Below the pieces are notes generated by a model that saw nothing but the letters and a program-made list of their open reading frames with translations, had not been told where the DNA came from and ran no database searches. From Azolla caroliniana (Eukaryota > Plantae > Polypodiophyta), in the NCBI GenBank assembly GCA_043228905.1, contig JBHGNT010000006.1, forward strand, positions 496,001 to 560,000: DNA of 64,000 nucleotides. The letters run 5' to 3'. Positions 46,301-58,942 of the stretch are shown here, one piece after another. The position numbers and the translations under genes are program-made. Numbering within the stretch: position 1 is the first letter of the stretch; each line of letters begins with the position of its first letter.

Positions 46301-49300
46301 GCAAAGTCTTGTCGAACGGGAAATGGAGAGAAAGATCAAGTGCATGTGGTCAGATGGTGGAAGAGAATACTTTTCCGGCCAATTCAACAATTATTTGCAA
46401 CATAAGGGAATTTGGCAAGAATTCAATTGCAGATACACACTAGAACAAAATGGCGTGGCTGAAAGGAAGAACCGATCTATTGTCGACGTGGCAAGGGCAA
46501 TGCTAGAGGAGAAGAGCATGCCCAAGTCCTAATGGGCTGAAGCGGTCCAAACAGCCGTCTACATCCAAAACCGGATCGAGGAGAAGGTGTCTTCACACAA
46601 GTTGTATTTCAGGCAGAAGCCAAATTTTAGGCACCTTAGGATATTCGGTAGCATAACATATGTGCATCTGTCGGATGAGAAGCAAAGAAAGTTGGACCCG
46701 AAGTTAGAGAAGTGCATACTAATTGGCTACTCTCATGAGAAAAAGGGATGCAAGTGTTACAATCACCGAACAAAGGAAGTCTACGTAAGCCAAGATGTCG
46801 AATTTGATGAGTCGACATCCTGGTACTCTCTACCGACTCTGACCCGATTCTGAAAGATGATGCCAGTGAGCCTGAAACAATCGGGGTTGTAGAAGAAGAA
46901 GACTTCGGTACTCTGGTTGGAGTCCGATTTCATTTCGGCTGAGTGGGCCAAACGAGTGAGTGAGTCGGAATGACCAGTCTCATGACGAGCGAGCGAGTAG
47001 CAAAAACTAAGTCGTGCTTTCCCCGCACAAGGAACCGAAGAGACGGTTCACGCGCAAAGAGAAAGGGAAGAAGAAGATGTCGTAGTATGACACCAGCAAA
47101 GAAGTGTCGGATCACCGCAAGATCGACTCCAGAAGGAACGAAATCTGAGTCGGACAAGAGGGCCTTAAAATCGGTTGACGAGAAGTTATGTTGATCAACC
47201 CGCCAAAAGAACCCCTTCAAACGGTATGGGTATAGTGAGTACATGGTGCATCACTATGCGTACATGATGAAAGTGGCGGAGGTGCGTCAGCCGAAGAGCT
47301 ACACAAAAGTGGCAAAGGACGCCATTGGCATACTGCTATGGAGGAAGAGATGCGGGCACTTGATGCCAATGACACATGGGACCTGGTTGACCCTCCCAGA
47401 CATTGCAAACTGATTGGTTGCAAGTGGTTGTACAAGGTAAAGTATAATGATAATGGTTCGATCAACCGGTACAAGGCCCGGTTAGTGGCCAAAGGATACG
47501 CGCAGACCCACGGAATCGACTACGACGAGACCTTCTCTCCGGTAGCAAAGATGACGACGGTTCGTGTGGTGCTGGCGGTGGCAGCGACGAAGGGGTGGCA
47601 TCTACATCAAATTATGTGAAGAATGTGTTCCTACAAGGTGATATTGAGGAACAAGTTTATATGGTCCAACCCCCTGTATTTTAGTCGGAGATGAACAAGT
47701 CGGCAGTGCGCCGACTCAAGAAGTTGCTTTATGGTCTAAAGCAAGCCCCTGGTGCTTGGAATTTGAAGATCATGTACCAGTTACGTAAGATGGGGATTGT
47801 GTCCTGGACGTCCAACTCGTTGTTGTTCATCCGGAAAGGTTGGGACGGTCTGGTATGTATCCTGCTATATGTAGATGATCTAGTCATCACTGGATCCGGC
47901 CTCACTGAAATCGGTCGAGTGAAGTCCCAACTGTCAGATGCATTCGAAATGAAGGACCTTGGGGACCTTCATTACTTCCTCGGAATCGAAGTGATCCATA
48001 CACTCGATGGCATGTTGTTGTCCCAGAGACATTACGTGTTGAATATGTTGTTCAAGTTCAGCATGACTGATTGCCAACTAGTCTCCACACCCCTGGATCG
48101 GAACCTGAAGCTTCGTCCCGACTCCAGACCGGCCTGCGATGAGAAACGGTTTCAACAAATTGTCAAAAGCCTTATTAATTTAACGATCACCCGACCCGAC
48201 TTAGCTATTTGATCGGAGCGATCAATCAATTCATGTAGAAACCAACCATGGAGCACCTTTAGTGCGTGCACCAAATACTGAGGTATGTTAGTGGCACCAA
48301 GGGCTGGGGACTGTTATACCGACACAGTATAATCGAGAAGCTAGTCGTATATACGGATGCCGACTGGGCCCGTGATGCGTTGGATTGTTGGTCCACTTTC
48401 GGTTTTTCGTTTTCTCTTGGTAGCATGGTTGTTGCATTGAGCAATAAAAAGCAGCCGATAGTGTCTCTATCGAGCACTGAGGCTGAATATCGGGGCGCTA
48501 CCGTTGCCACCTGTGAAGCCATCTGGCTTCGATGGTTGCTGCAAGACCTTCGAATCAAAGTACCGACTCCGATCCCGATCTACTGTGACAACATGAGCTA
48601 AATGTAGCTGGCCAAGAACCTCGTGTTCCATGCTCGGACAAAGCACATAGAAGTGCACTACCACTTTGTGTGCAAGCAGGTCTTGAGCGGTGAAGTCGAA
48701 CTCCGGTATGTTCGAACGGATTGGGAGATTGCAAACCTCTTCACCAAGGCCCTTGGAACTGACAAGTTGTAGCATTTTTCAGAGATGCGTGGTCTTTAGC
48801 ATCTCGACATGTCACACTTGAGGGGCAGAACCGGTACTAATACGGGGAAGACCAGAACCGAAACCAAACCGGGAAAGGGGGAAATGACACCGGACAAGCA
48901 GCTGGAGAGAATGAAACAACCGAGACAGGGGGAGACAACAAGAAGAAGGAAGCCGAGTTGACTAAATAAGTCGGCTCATCCAAACAAGTTGGAACAAGCG
49001 GCGACGGTGGCAAAGTCAAGAATGAAAGAGCCGACCGGAACGAGAAGGCCAAGACCCGGACATGGTCTAACGTGGTGAAGGGCTTGAAGGTTGACGACGA
49101 ATTGGAGACAACCAATTCGGACAAGAGTTGGAACAAATCGTAGGCACCCGATTCGGAAGAGGAGTTCGATTCGGAGAAGCCGAATCAACTAAAGGCCAAA
49201 CGGACGAGAAGGCAGCTGAAGTCGACACCAACACAGAGGAACCGACGGGTCGAGAAGCGCCGAAGTCACAACAACGATAAAGCTGAGATGGACCTGATGA

Positions 49301-49890
49301 GCAAACAAGCTGAACGAGAAGGTCGAGAAGCGCAGAACCGGACGGGTCGAGGAGCGTGAGCAAGGCGGGAAGATGCTAGGAGGAGCCGAAGGGAAGGACT
49401 AACAGACACTGGCATACTGATCCGACCTCAAGTTGAGCTTGAGGGGGAGTGTTGAGCAGACAAGCTCAACCAGATTTGGATCGGTTGACTAAGCCAGATA
49501 TGGATCGGTTGAATAAGCCGGACCCGAATCGGTATCCGGAACAGAGAACTGGATAGGTATACGGAACCAAGAGACGGATCAAATTGTAATCGGTAGGCCG
49601 TTAGAGGTCTATAATCTGAGCCTAGTACGTAGGCCTATTCCTTGAAGTTAGTGTCAGTCGCTCGTATGAGCATTGAAGTACTTTTGTCAATCCTTTTAAG
49701 GACTTTTATAAAAAATGTTCTGTAAGACATTTGTATGTACAAAGTGTTATTATTTTGAATAGAGTTTATGTTGTTTTGCTCTCTCCCACTCTCTGTCTAT
49801 GTGATTCAAGCTTCCATTAAACATGTGTGTATTTTCTATTGGTATCCGGGTAAACCAGTTTGTCAAAGCTTCCACATATTAACTTTGACA
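43363..49890 (+). mobile_element. Full-length degenerate Copia family E (LTRs 43363-43809 and 49450-49890) nested in family B
   Basis: Paired LTRs, TSD gcttt/acttc, PBS tggtattagagc, PPT ttgagggggag; gag, PR WYVDSEASNHM, IN, RT LLYVDDL, RNase H SSTEAEY. Confidence 0.92.
45540..46185 (-). mobile_element. Solo LTR, Gypsy family F-related, inside the integrase of Copia E
   Basis: TGTCG...CGACA, 4-bp TSD acgt; removal restores VWGPTQNVSLGGTRYFVSFIDDYS. Confidence 0.88.
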
Positions 49891-52800
49891 ACTTCCTTCC
49901 AACAAGGAGCTCGTATGGAGTTAGGTCATGTACTCCATTAGTTGTGCATCGATGCATGAGATAGACTACCGTGGATGCCGCTTCGGCCCAATAGAAGTTT
50001 GGCATGTGCTTCTCATGCATCATGGTGCGTGCTACCTCGAGTATGTGCCGATTCTTCCTTTCAGCGACTCCATTTTGTTGGGATGTGTGTCGACATAAGA
50101 ATTCTCTTCGAATGCCTTCACCTTGGAGGTAAGAGATGAGTTCATTGGAGAAGTACTCCTTGCCTCCATCCGATCGTAGGCATCGAATGTGTCGACCGGT
50201 TTCTTTTTCGACTTGGGCCTTGAGCTTTTGGAAGTGGGAGAGCACTTCACTCGTCTTCTTCATCGAGAAGATCCAGTGGCGCGTGTAGCGGGAGTAGTTG
50301 TCGATGAAGGTGACATAGTATCGACATCCACCGATTGTCGGTGTTTGAGCCGGTCCCCATACATCCGAATGTATGACGTCGAGGAGGCCTTTGGCATACA
50401 TGGCCGATTTCACCTTGTTCGAATCGAGAATGAACATTTGACCGTCTCTTTGTCCTTTAGCTATGAGTTGGTCATCTTTTTCGATGAATCATCCTTCGTT
50501 GTTGAAAAGAACTTTCATGCCTTGCTCCACGATTTGGCCTACCAAGACCAAATTCTTTGTTATGGTCGGAATGTGCAAGACATTCTTGATGGAATTGTTT
50601 TGGCCGTCATTGCCGAATGGAACGTTGTCGATGTGTCGAATGGGATGTGTGGTGGGTGTCATCTCTCGTCTCTATGAAGTCGGGTCGATCCGGCGTTCTT
50701 AAGTCATGAAACCACTCTTGGTGTGACGTCATATGATGTGAGGCACCGGAGTTGACGAACCACACGTCTTCCGAGTTGAAGGTGCTTGTGGAGTCAGAGG
50801 CCGACATAGAGTTCGCACTATGTCTCATCACGAATATCCCACCATAGTCGTCGTATTCGGAGTTGGCGGCATAATTTGTGAGTTGTCGACATGTGGAAGT
50901 CGACTCGCTTTTTCTTTTTTGGCACTCCTCGTGGTGGCCGATTTTTCCGCAATAGTTGCACATAGCAAGCCTCGTTTGCCAACCTTGTTCGGCATGGAAT
51001 CTCCCCCTTCTTCTGAATATTCCTCGATGAATTCTGTCTTGTTGTCAAAGGTTTGAATTCCCTTCATGAGATGGGTCGAATCAACCTCTTCTACCACCTC
51101 TACCTCATCCTTGGCCACCTTGTGAATTCGAGAAGAACATTTTTCCTTCTAACGTCTTAGTCTTGGTTCAGACGTGGTTCGCCTCAACCAATAACATTGA
51201 TTGAAGGTCAAAGAACGGAGGGTTTTCCCTTGCAAAGATTAGCGTCCTTAACGAGTTGAATCGGTGTGCAAGGCCACCCAAGCATACTTGAACCATCTCG
51301 TCTTCGTCGACGTTTATGTTGATGGAGCTAAGCGAGTCGCAAATGCTCTTGATCTTGGCGGTGTAGTCCGACATAGACATCTTTTTGCCGAATGTTGTTC
51401 AACTCTTGCCAGAGTTGATGTTTGTGGGCGGTCTTGTTGGCAGTGAACATTTTCTTCAAGTTCTCCCACGCCTCTTTAGGCGTCTTGGCATCTCGAATGT
51501 GGCTAAGAATGTGGTCATGGACACATGTTGTCAAGCAATACATTACCCGGCTCACTCCTTGCTCCCACATTGGGTAGTTGATGTTTGTGATCTCGGGTTT
51601 GTCTTCGAGTGCACCGGTGATGTAGCTCCAATACCGTTGGCCAACTAGGTATTGGTTCATCTTGTACTCCCAAGATGAATAATTGCTCTGGTCTAGATTT
51701 TCACTAGGGAGCAAGCTACCCATTTGTGTGTTCATGTTGATTAGTGTCTTCCCTTCTTTTGCTTTTCTTCCTTCGATCACGTACACGTGCTACGTAGCGG
51801 CACTACAGTAGCAGATAACCGAAATTTGTCCTCAGCATTTCGAACACACAATCACGAAGAGTCGAGTGGGCTTAGTGGATGTGCTAAACCACATGCTCTG
51901 ATACCATGTTAAGAATTACGGAATTAATCACGAGTTAATTAGTACCTAATTATGTGATTAAGCAACGAAAGATTATGTGATGTGTGTGTGTGTATGTGAG
52001 AGTGTGAGAGGAAGAGAGAAAGAGAGAAAGAGAGAAAGAGAGAAAGAACACTTATGAACAACAAGACAAGATGGGGGAATCGGGATGATTAACTATATTA
52101 AAAAGCATCATCTAATACAAAAATACCCACAATGAGGTATATATACATCTTATGTGCAAAGGTGCACATGTGTGAGTAGAATATAGGTACAAAGGTGTAA
52201 GTCCTATATTAAATGAACATGGGAGTGGAGGATCTACAATGTATCCCACTCAAGTACAAAATCTTATTTAAGGCTTTAACATCAACACACTAACTAGATT
52301 CTATCTAGGTAACTACAAAGTTACGTGCGTTGACTAAATGACTAAACTAAGTTTAGCTTGATATATCAACAATTACACATATTCCAATTGTATTGTAGCT
52401 CCCATTAACGTAAAAATTGGAACAATATCTCCATCTCATCATTTGAACCATTTTAAACATACTTAGAAAAAACCCATTGTTAAGGTCTCAAATAACAACG
52501 AGTTAAAACTTGCGAAACGTCTAATAAATACTTCCAAATGGTATATACTATAGGACATTTAATGAACCGGTGTGTATTGTCCTCCAAGAATAGTGCAAAA
52601 GAAACAAGTGCCTAACCCTAGTCCTCGTCTCTTTAAGGTTGAACCTGACGGGAACGTGTACACAAACATATATACGTATTTCTACATATAATATTATACA
52701 TGCCCATATACATACAAATACAAAAATATATGCATATATGCCCATATACTCAATCCTACTCGAGATACATACATATACAAGTTCATCCCAAACTCCTCTA

Positions 52801-53559
52801 CACTACCATACATGTGCGCCTAAACTAAGTCACATATACATAGCCCTGCACATTAAAATATGTGTACAAAAGTTTGTGCTCATTCCCTTACACATTTAAC
52901 ATTCATAGTTACACACTTTCATAAATACATATACCTACATACTTATATTATATATATATACTTACACAGGCAAGTATACATAAACTCACATATATAGATT
53001 CACACAAAAGCCGATACACATCCACTACACATTAACATGCACATATCACTAACTCACGAGTCACACCTATACATGTGAGTGTATACATGCACATAGTCTA
53101 TGCATTAGTATGTGCGCACTCAATCACATGTACACACATGTATAAATATACATACACGTAAATACACTCATAAACTAGCACATAGATATGTACGTAAATG
53201 AATAGACACATAGATAATTGTATACAAGCTCATATACTCGGATACAAGCTCATGTACTTGTATACACCAACTCCAATGGTGTTGATAAAACTATTGTCAG
53301 TACAAAGATGTTGAAGAGAGGAGTCAAACATTATTGGACATCCCAAGAGAGACGATATCCACAAACATTTAAGAGGAATATCATATTTGGTTTAGGTCCC
53401 TAGTGGTCCCACACATTTTACACGCACTCATGTAACTTCATAGCACCATGACCCTCTTAGACATCACATAATGTAACATGATTCCTTCTTATGAAGAAGT
53501 AGAACAAGATGGATAACTCTAACACACACGCACGCCAAGATTTGATGCACCTTTCCCTC

Positions 53560-54260
53560 ACAATCAATAGCTTTTTCTATGTAGATTTAGTCTACAATAT
53601 TTTTTATGGTTGTAAGATATCTTCCCTCTCTTTTTCTCCTTATTCCCATATATGAAACTTAGAAAAAAAACCTTGAGGCATGTGTGATTAAGTGTATGCA
53701 CCTGAAGACTTGTTATCTTGGTTACATTTAAACTTGCATGCAACATAAACACCATTTTCTCCAACTTTTATAAGGTATCTACGCTCAGTTCTCTTGTGAT
53801 GACATGATGGGAAACATACTCGTAACAATAATCAATTTACATAGCTTCATTTTAATCCTAAGACCATTCATTGGTGCGTGTATAGCCTCAACCAGATTCA
53901 ATTGCTTTTCTCTAGAAGTGCATGCAAAAACGCCCATGTGCCCCTTCACCTTCCACGTGATTGTGTCTACACTTTGGCCCTTCAAACGTGTTCTCGTAGT
54001 TTTACATAATAAAATGCACAACAATAGCCCCCATGCATGAAACTTAGAAAAAAGCAAGGCATGGAGTAGATGGTTATAAGTTGAATGAATTGGGGGTAGA
54101 GTCATAAATTATCCAGTTTTTGTGTATTTTGGAACCACATGAATATGCATGGCTATCACATAGACACATAGGGACATTGTATAGAGCTAGGCCATATGCC
54201 CAAATCTTGAATATGCCTTTGTAATTTTATGGTCATATAGGGGGTCCTTGCTTTTTCTAA
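53560..54260 (-). mobile_element. Possible highly degraded hAT transposase C-terminal remnant
   Basis: Only KLEKMVFMLHASL and HLLHALL resemble hAT dimerisation-region motifs. Confidence 0.25.
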
Positions 54261-55427
54261 CACATTTTAACGAGTGTATCTTCTTAGGCCTAACTCATAT
54301 GAATCATTGCTCTCACACAAAAACTAATTTTGTCAAAAACAATTCTTATAACGAGCATCCTTAAAAAATTTGAAGCCAAACTATTTTAAGAGAACAAGAT
54401 AACAAGCATTGAATCAATATTTTAGTTTGCGAATTGACCCACCTCGATAAGAATGACAACCAGGAATAAGATAGCATACTAGTCAAGGTGTGGATGAGTG
54501 CTCATGAGAAATGGTTCCCTAGTTTTCCAAAGGCCATTGAATTTAGACCTTACTAGTTCTAAATTTCTATAAAGAGAAGAATCATATGACAAGACATGAG
54601 ATAATAGAAGAGATTGAATATGGCTCCTCATAATCTCGTGAACTCAGGTTGAAATGTGAATGTGATGGCGTGTTTCGAATTGCAAGGTTTTGGATTCTTG
54701 AAGAGTAGATTTGATGTTGCCTCTATTATTAAAACTCTTCATAGGTTTAGTTTGAGGTCATGCACAATAAGTCCTCTTTTGTGGGATAAACCTTTTGAGC
54801 ATGGGTATGAGGCATATTTCGGAGGTGAAACCGAAAATTGTCTACAAGCTGTCTCCAGATCCCTAACTGGTAATTCCCCTATTATTTCACGAGAAGTAAC
54901 TTTGTTGAACATTAAATTCGGAACATCACGATGATTGCACTAATACATCGGGGTCTCATCATGAGTGATAGTGAGTGATTGCGATAACACATTGGGAGAA
55001 GCTCATGTGAACCCAAGCCTAAAATATGGTTGCAACCATAGAACGTAATATTCGTGTTCGTGCAAGCATTCAAACGTTTGGAAACGAACACGTTTGAAAT
55101 GGAAAAAATACATTTTATTTTATTTAATTACTTACTATTGATTTAGCTCAACCTAGTCGTAAGGAGTCGTGCTATTGTTGTCTATGTCTTGGGTTCAATT
55201 CCCAATTTTTTCATCTTTCTCTCTCTCTCTCACATTAGTACCATTTTTATAGCAAAATTTTATGTTAGTGTTATAATGTTTTTTTCTTTTCTTTTTTTAT
55301 TATTAGAACTAATGTTATAATGTTAGTGTTACTTGTGTCTTGGGTTCAATTCCCAACTTTCTCATATTCTCTTGTGAGTGTCATGGCAAAATTTTATGTT
55401 AGTGTCATGTTCCTTTTTCTTCTTTTT

Positions 55428-55672
55428 CTTTCTTTCTTTGTTATTAGAAATTAGGTCGCCCTAGTGGTAAGTTGTTATGCTACTACTGCCTATGTCATGT
55501 TTTCTTCATATTCTCGAATATACGTTTTATGAGTTTTTGATCGTTTCTTTTTTCTTTTCTTTTTTTCTTTCTTTGTTATTAGAAATTAGGTCACCCTAGT
55601 GGTAAGTTGTTATGCTACTATTGCCTATGTCATGTTTTCTTCATATTCTCGAATATACGTTTTATGAGTTTT
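55428..55672 (+). repeat. Tandem direct duplication (~110 bp, period 135) containing a tRNA-like A-box half
   Basis: Two near-identical copies of ttattagaaattaggtc(g/a)ccctagtggtaagttgttatgctacta...ttttatgagtttt. Confidence 0.85.
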
Positions 55673-55766
55673 GAAAGTTTGATTATAATTTATAATGACA
55701 TATTTTGATTCAATCTCTGTAGGTCATACTCATTTTTTTGTAAAGTTCTAAAGTGAGGATGATAGA

Positions 55767-55895
55767 GATGTCTTGATTCTTAAGAATCATCCCAAAAGTA
55801 TGCATGTGATACAATGCAAATATTGCAACCATATTTATGTTGGTGGTTCACAATGGATTAGAGTCCACTTATTGGGATTGAGAGGGAATCAATAT
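55767..55895 (+). pseudogene. BED zinc-finger fragment of a hAT-type transposase
   Basis: Translates DVLILKNHPKSMHVIQCKYCNHIYVGGSQWIRVHLLGLRGN (CxxC...GG...HL.G). Confidence 0.6.
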
Positions 55896-56017
55896 ATAAT
55901 ATAAACCATATTCAATCCAATCCAACTTTGAGATGATTTACCATACACGTTTGATTTAATCATTCTCGAATGCGAATGCACGTATGATACGTATGGTTCA
56001 TTCTATTGCCGAGCCTG

Positions 56018-56027
56018 CTATATAAAG
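56018..56027 (+). promoter_or_regulatory. TATA box of the ICDH gene
   Basis: ctatataaag about 110 bp upstream of the first ATG. Confidence 0.45.
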
Positions 56028-56129
56028 ATTTTTTTCGTTGCCGTCCTTCTACACAGAAAAGAAAAGCAACACAACGAAAGTCGCTGTCGCTGCTGTTTAT
56101 AACTGCGCCTCGTCTTATTCGTCAAAACG

Positions 56130-56346
56130 ATGCTTATTACTCGAGCTTCTCTATCGATTCTTCCCACTGTTTCTAGGGTTTCTGTATCTCACTTGCCCAT
56201 ACCAAGGCTTACTCTGAGGCCATCTGCATGCTCTGCTAAAGGAGCCAAGATTGCTTTCTCTTGCTGCCTTTCGTCTGCAATTCAATCGTCTAATTCCATG
56301 GGGTTGGAGAAGATCAGAGTAGAAAATCCTATCGTTGAAATGGATG
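56130..56346 (+). CDS. ICDH: NADP-dependent isocitrate dehydrogenase exon 1 (transit peptide plus EKIRVENPIVEMD)
   Basis: S/R-rich, acid-free N-terminus, then the conserved NPIVEMDG; GT donor at 56347. Confidence 0.9.
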
Positions 56347-57102
56347 GTTAGTTCCCCAAAAAATTCGAAACTTTTTTATGCACGCGCTGTATTTAGTTCA
56401 TGAACTTGTTGTTAGAGACACCGCCATAAATGCGAATCATAGGATAAATGATGCTAGTTCATTTGATTTCCTTCATTTGACATTGTTCTTAGATTTCACC
56501 ATGAATGATAATAGTTTGTCAAACGGTGATGATAGTTTAATTGACGTAAATTACTAGTTGAAATCCCTGATCTTGTTATTAGGGGTTCCCATGGATGCTA
56601 GTTGTATCTCAAATGATGCCAATTCATTTGATTGGGACAAATACTAGTAGTATGATAAGTGATCATATTATACAAATGCATGCTCTTATGTGTACGAGGA
56701 ATGATTGTCCATAATTAACAAATGTTTAATGCATTCCCCTTTCATGTACTTTATTGTATTGTTAGGCACATTAAACATCACTCTATGATACACAACATGC
56801 TTGGATCAGGATGTACACAATCTTGTTTTTCATCTCATCAAACGTGCCATGTTAGCTGTGTGGACCCTGGTTTTTCTTTGATGGACCATTGGGAACTCCT
56901 TGATATAATGGTCATATGATCGTGTATCATTCGAGTGATGCATAATATAATACGCTTGACAAAATGGTCAGAGGAAGATGTCTTCCAGGCACTACTTTCT
57001 TGTTCATTTCATGTTAAAATTTAGAAATGAATTTTTCTTTGTTTGTTGCATCAGTAGGATTAACAAACTTGAGAATTGGTTTTGTTTATTAATTAAATCA
57101 AG

Positions 57103-57146
57103 GTGATGAAATGACACGGGTGATCTGGCGAATGATTAAAGACAAG
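57103..57146 (+). CDS. ICDH: NADP-ICDH exon 2 (GDEMTRVIWRMIKDK)
   Basis: AG/GT boundaries; phase matches exon 1. Confidence 0.92.
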
Positions 57147-58942
57147 GTATGATCCCATCTTTTGTTCTAGTTCTAGTTTATCCGTTTTTTGAAATTTCAT
57201 TGTGTTATATTCAGTATTACGTTAGTCCATGAGATTGGTGAACATTAATTTGAGTCTTCTGGCTAAAAAGAAAGGAAGAGATGCATCAAGATCTTTAAAT
57301 GGCCAGAGGAGGGTCAGTGTAGCCAATGAGAAACAAAGGAGGTACAACATGATTTTATGTAATATTTCATACGTGCAGTGAAACTAAAGCTATAGACTGA
57401 GCTAGTCACAATGAAAGCTATCTGGATACGATACAGTCTATCAAAGAGGCAGTGTAATGCAAGATACAACTGGTTTAAGTAATCACCTAGGAGCATCTAA
57501 GAGTGGCTTTGTAGGAATCATCCAAGAGTGGTTCTTATTCCCCTCTATGAATGGTACTAGGCATCTCGTTGTCAACCATGCCAGACCCTGGTTGTGTCAA
57601 ATAAAGAATGGTAATAAGTATCTCCTTTTCATCCATATTGATTGACTAATGAGTTGGCAGTGAATATGACAGTGTATCTATTGTTTCCATTCTCTGGACC
57701 ATTCGATATGAATACATTTCACAATTATGTGAATGGGAGCAGCCCATTTACGGAGTTCAACTGATCTATTGTACCACAGATCAGGAGTTCAATTCCCACT
57801 GCTGCCTTTGGTGGCTACAAGTGACAATCAACCCCAGGTTAATAGAACAAAAACATATCAGAAATATTTCTCCAGACTCTCGAAATCACTAGAGCTAGAA
57901 AGCCAAGATGCACAGGTCAAATTCAACCATCATAAATAATTCCGACAAAAAATGTTCTTGCACCTGCAATGTGCATCATGCAAAGTTCATGACTTTGTCT
58001 ATATACCATAAATCTGCTCCATATCATGCATCTCTGCATGCTCCTCCCTAGGAAGTATTAATATAGATGTGATACCTTTCTGTCCCGTGCCATGAGATTG
58101 TGTTCCACTGGCTAGGTTAAGAGATATTCATATGCATGAAATAAATAATCCTTGGGATACCAGCAAGCCCTTGATTCCACAAAGTATGCTTAACCTATGA
58201 AAAACACTCTACCATGTCATATTTTAACTTGCATAAGCTAGATAAATATGATGGATTCCTTGATAATAATGAGATGACAATGCCAATACACTCATCTCCT
58301 AAGTTGTGTCATGGAGGAAAAATTCCTTTCTTAATGTGAAACTAAATGCTTCCGTTTTCTCAAGGTTCTTTGTAAACAATTTTCTTCTTAATGTGAAAGA
58401 GCAAGTGCTTCAGTTTCTCTTTTAAGAATATCGACAGAGTCAAGATAGAACGTGAAGAGCAAGACATTCTAATGTTGAAGTAGTAAAGAAAGAAAGAAGG
58501 ATATTTAATGTATTTTAAGATGCCAAAATGGCCTATAAGACCAAAGAGGAGATTACATCTTAAAACCTTCTCTCACTGTTGAGAACAACAAACAAAAATA
58601 AATATAACTAAATAAATAAGTAAATAAAAATAAAAGTGACCAAAGAGTCTCGTTCTTGACACATGTAAGATTCTCAAGTCAGATAGAGTGTAGTTATTTT
58701 CTTCAGAACATATCTAGCATAAGCTAATCCGGAATTTGGAGATCTGCGAAGCAAGGGAAGCACTTGCAATGGCAAGAGATAATGGTCTTTAACTGTTGAT
58801 GACAAGGGTGGCGAGATCATTGTCGACAAGGCTAAGGTCTACATACATGAGGAATCACTATTGCCCATTGGAGAATAGATAAATAGATGCTAACATGTCA
58901 ACATTGGAATATTACACTACAAATGTAAAAAGGCCAGAATGT

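Larger units (their letters stand above)
42105..52371 (-). mobile_element. Non-autonomous Copia family B (LTRs 51907-52371 and 42105-42538): gag-PR-IN, no RT/RH
   Basis: Perfect TSD attac, PBS tggtatcagagc, PPT; WFVNSGASHHM, HSDVWGP, RSDGGKEY, NGVAERKNR. Confidence 0.9.

Noticed and set aside
52640-53260. ORFs in a CA/TA-rich tract
   Set aside because: Low-complexity simple-repeat DNA.
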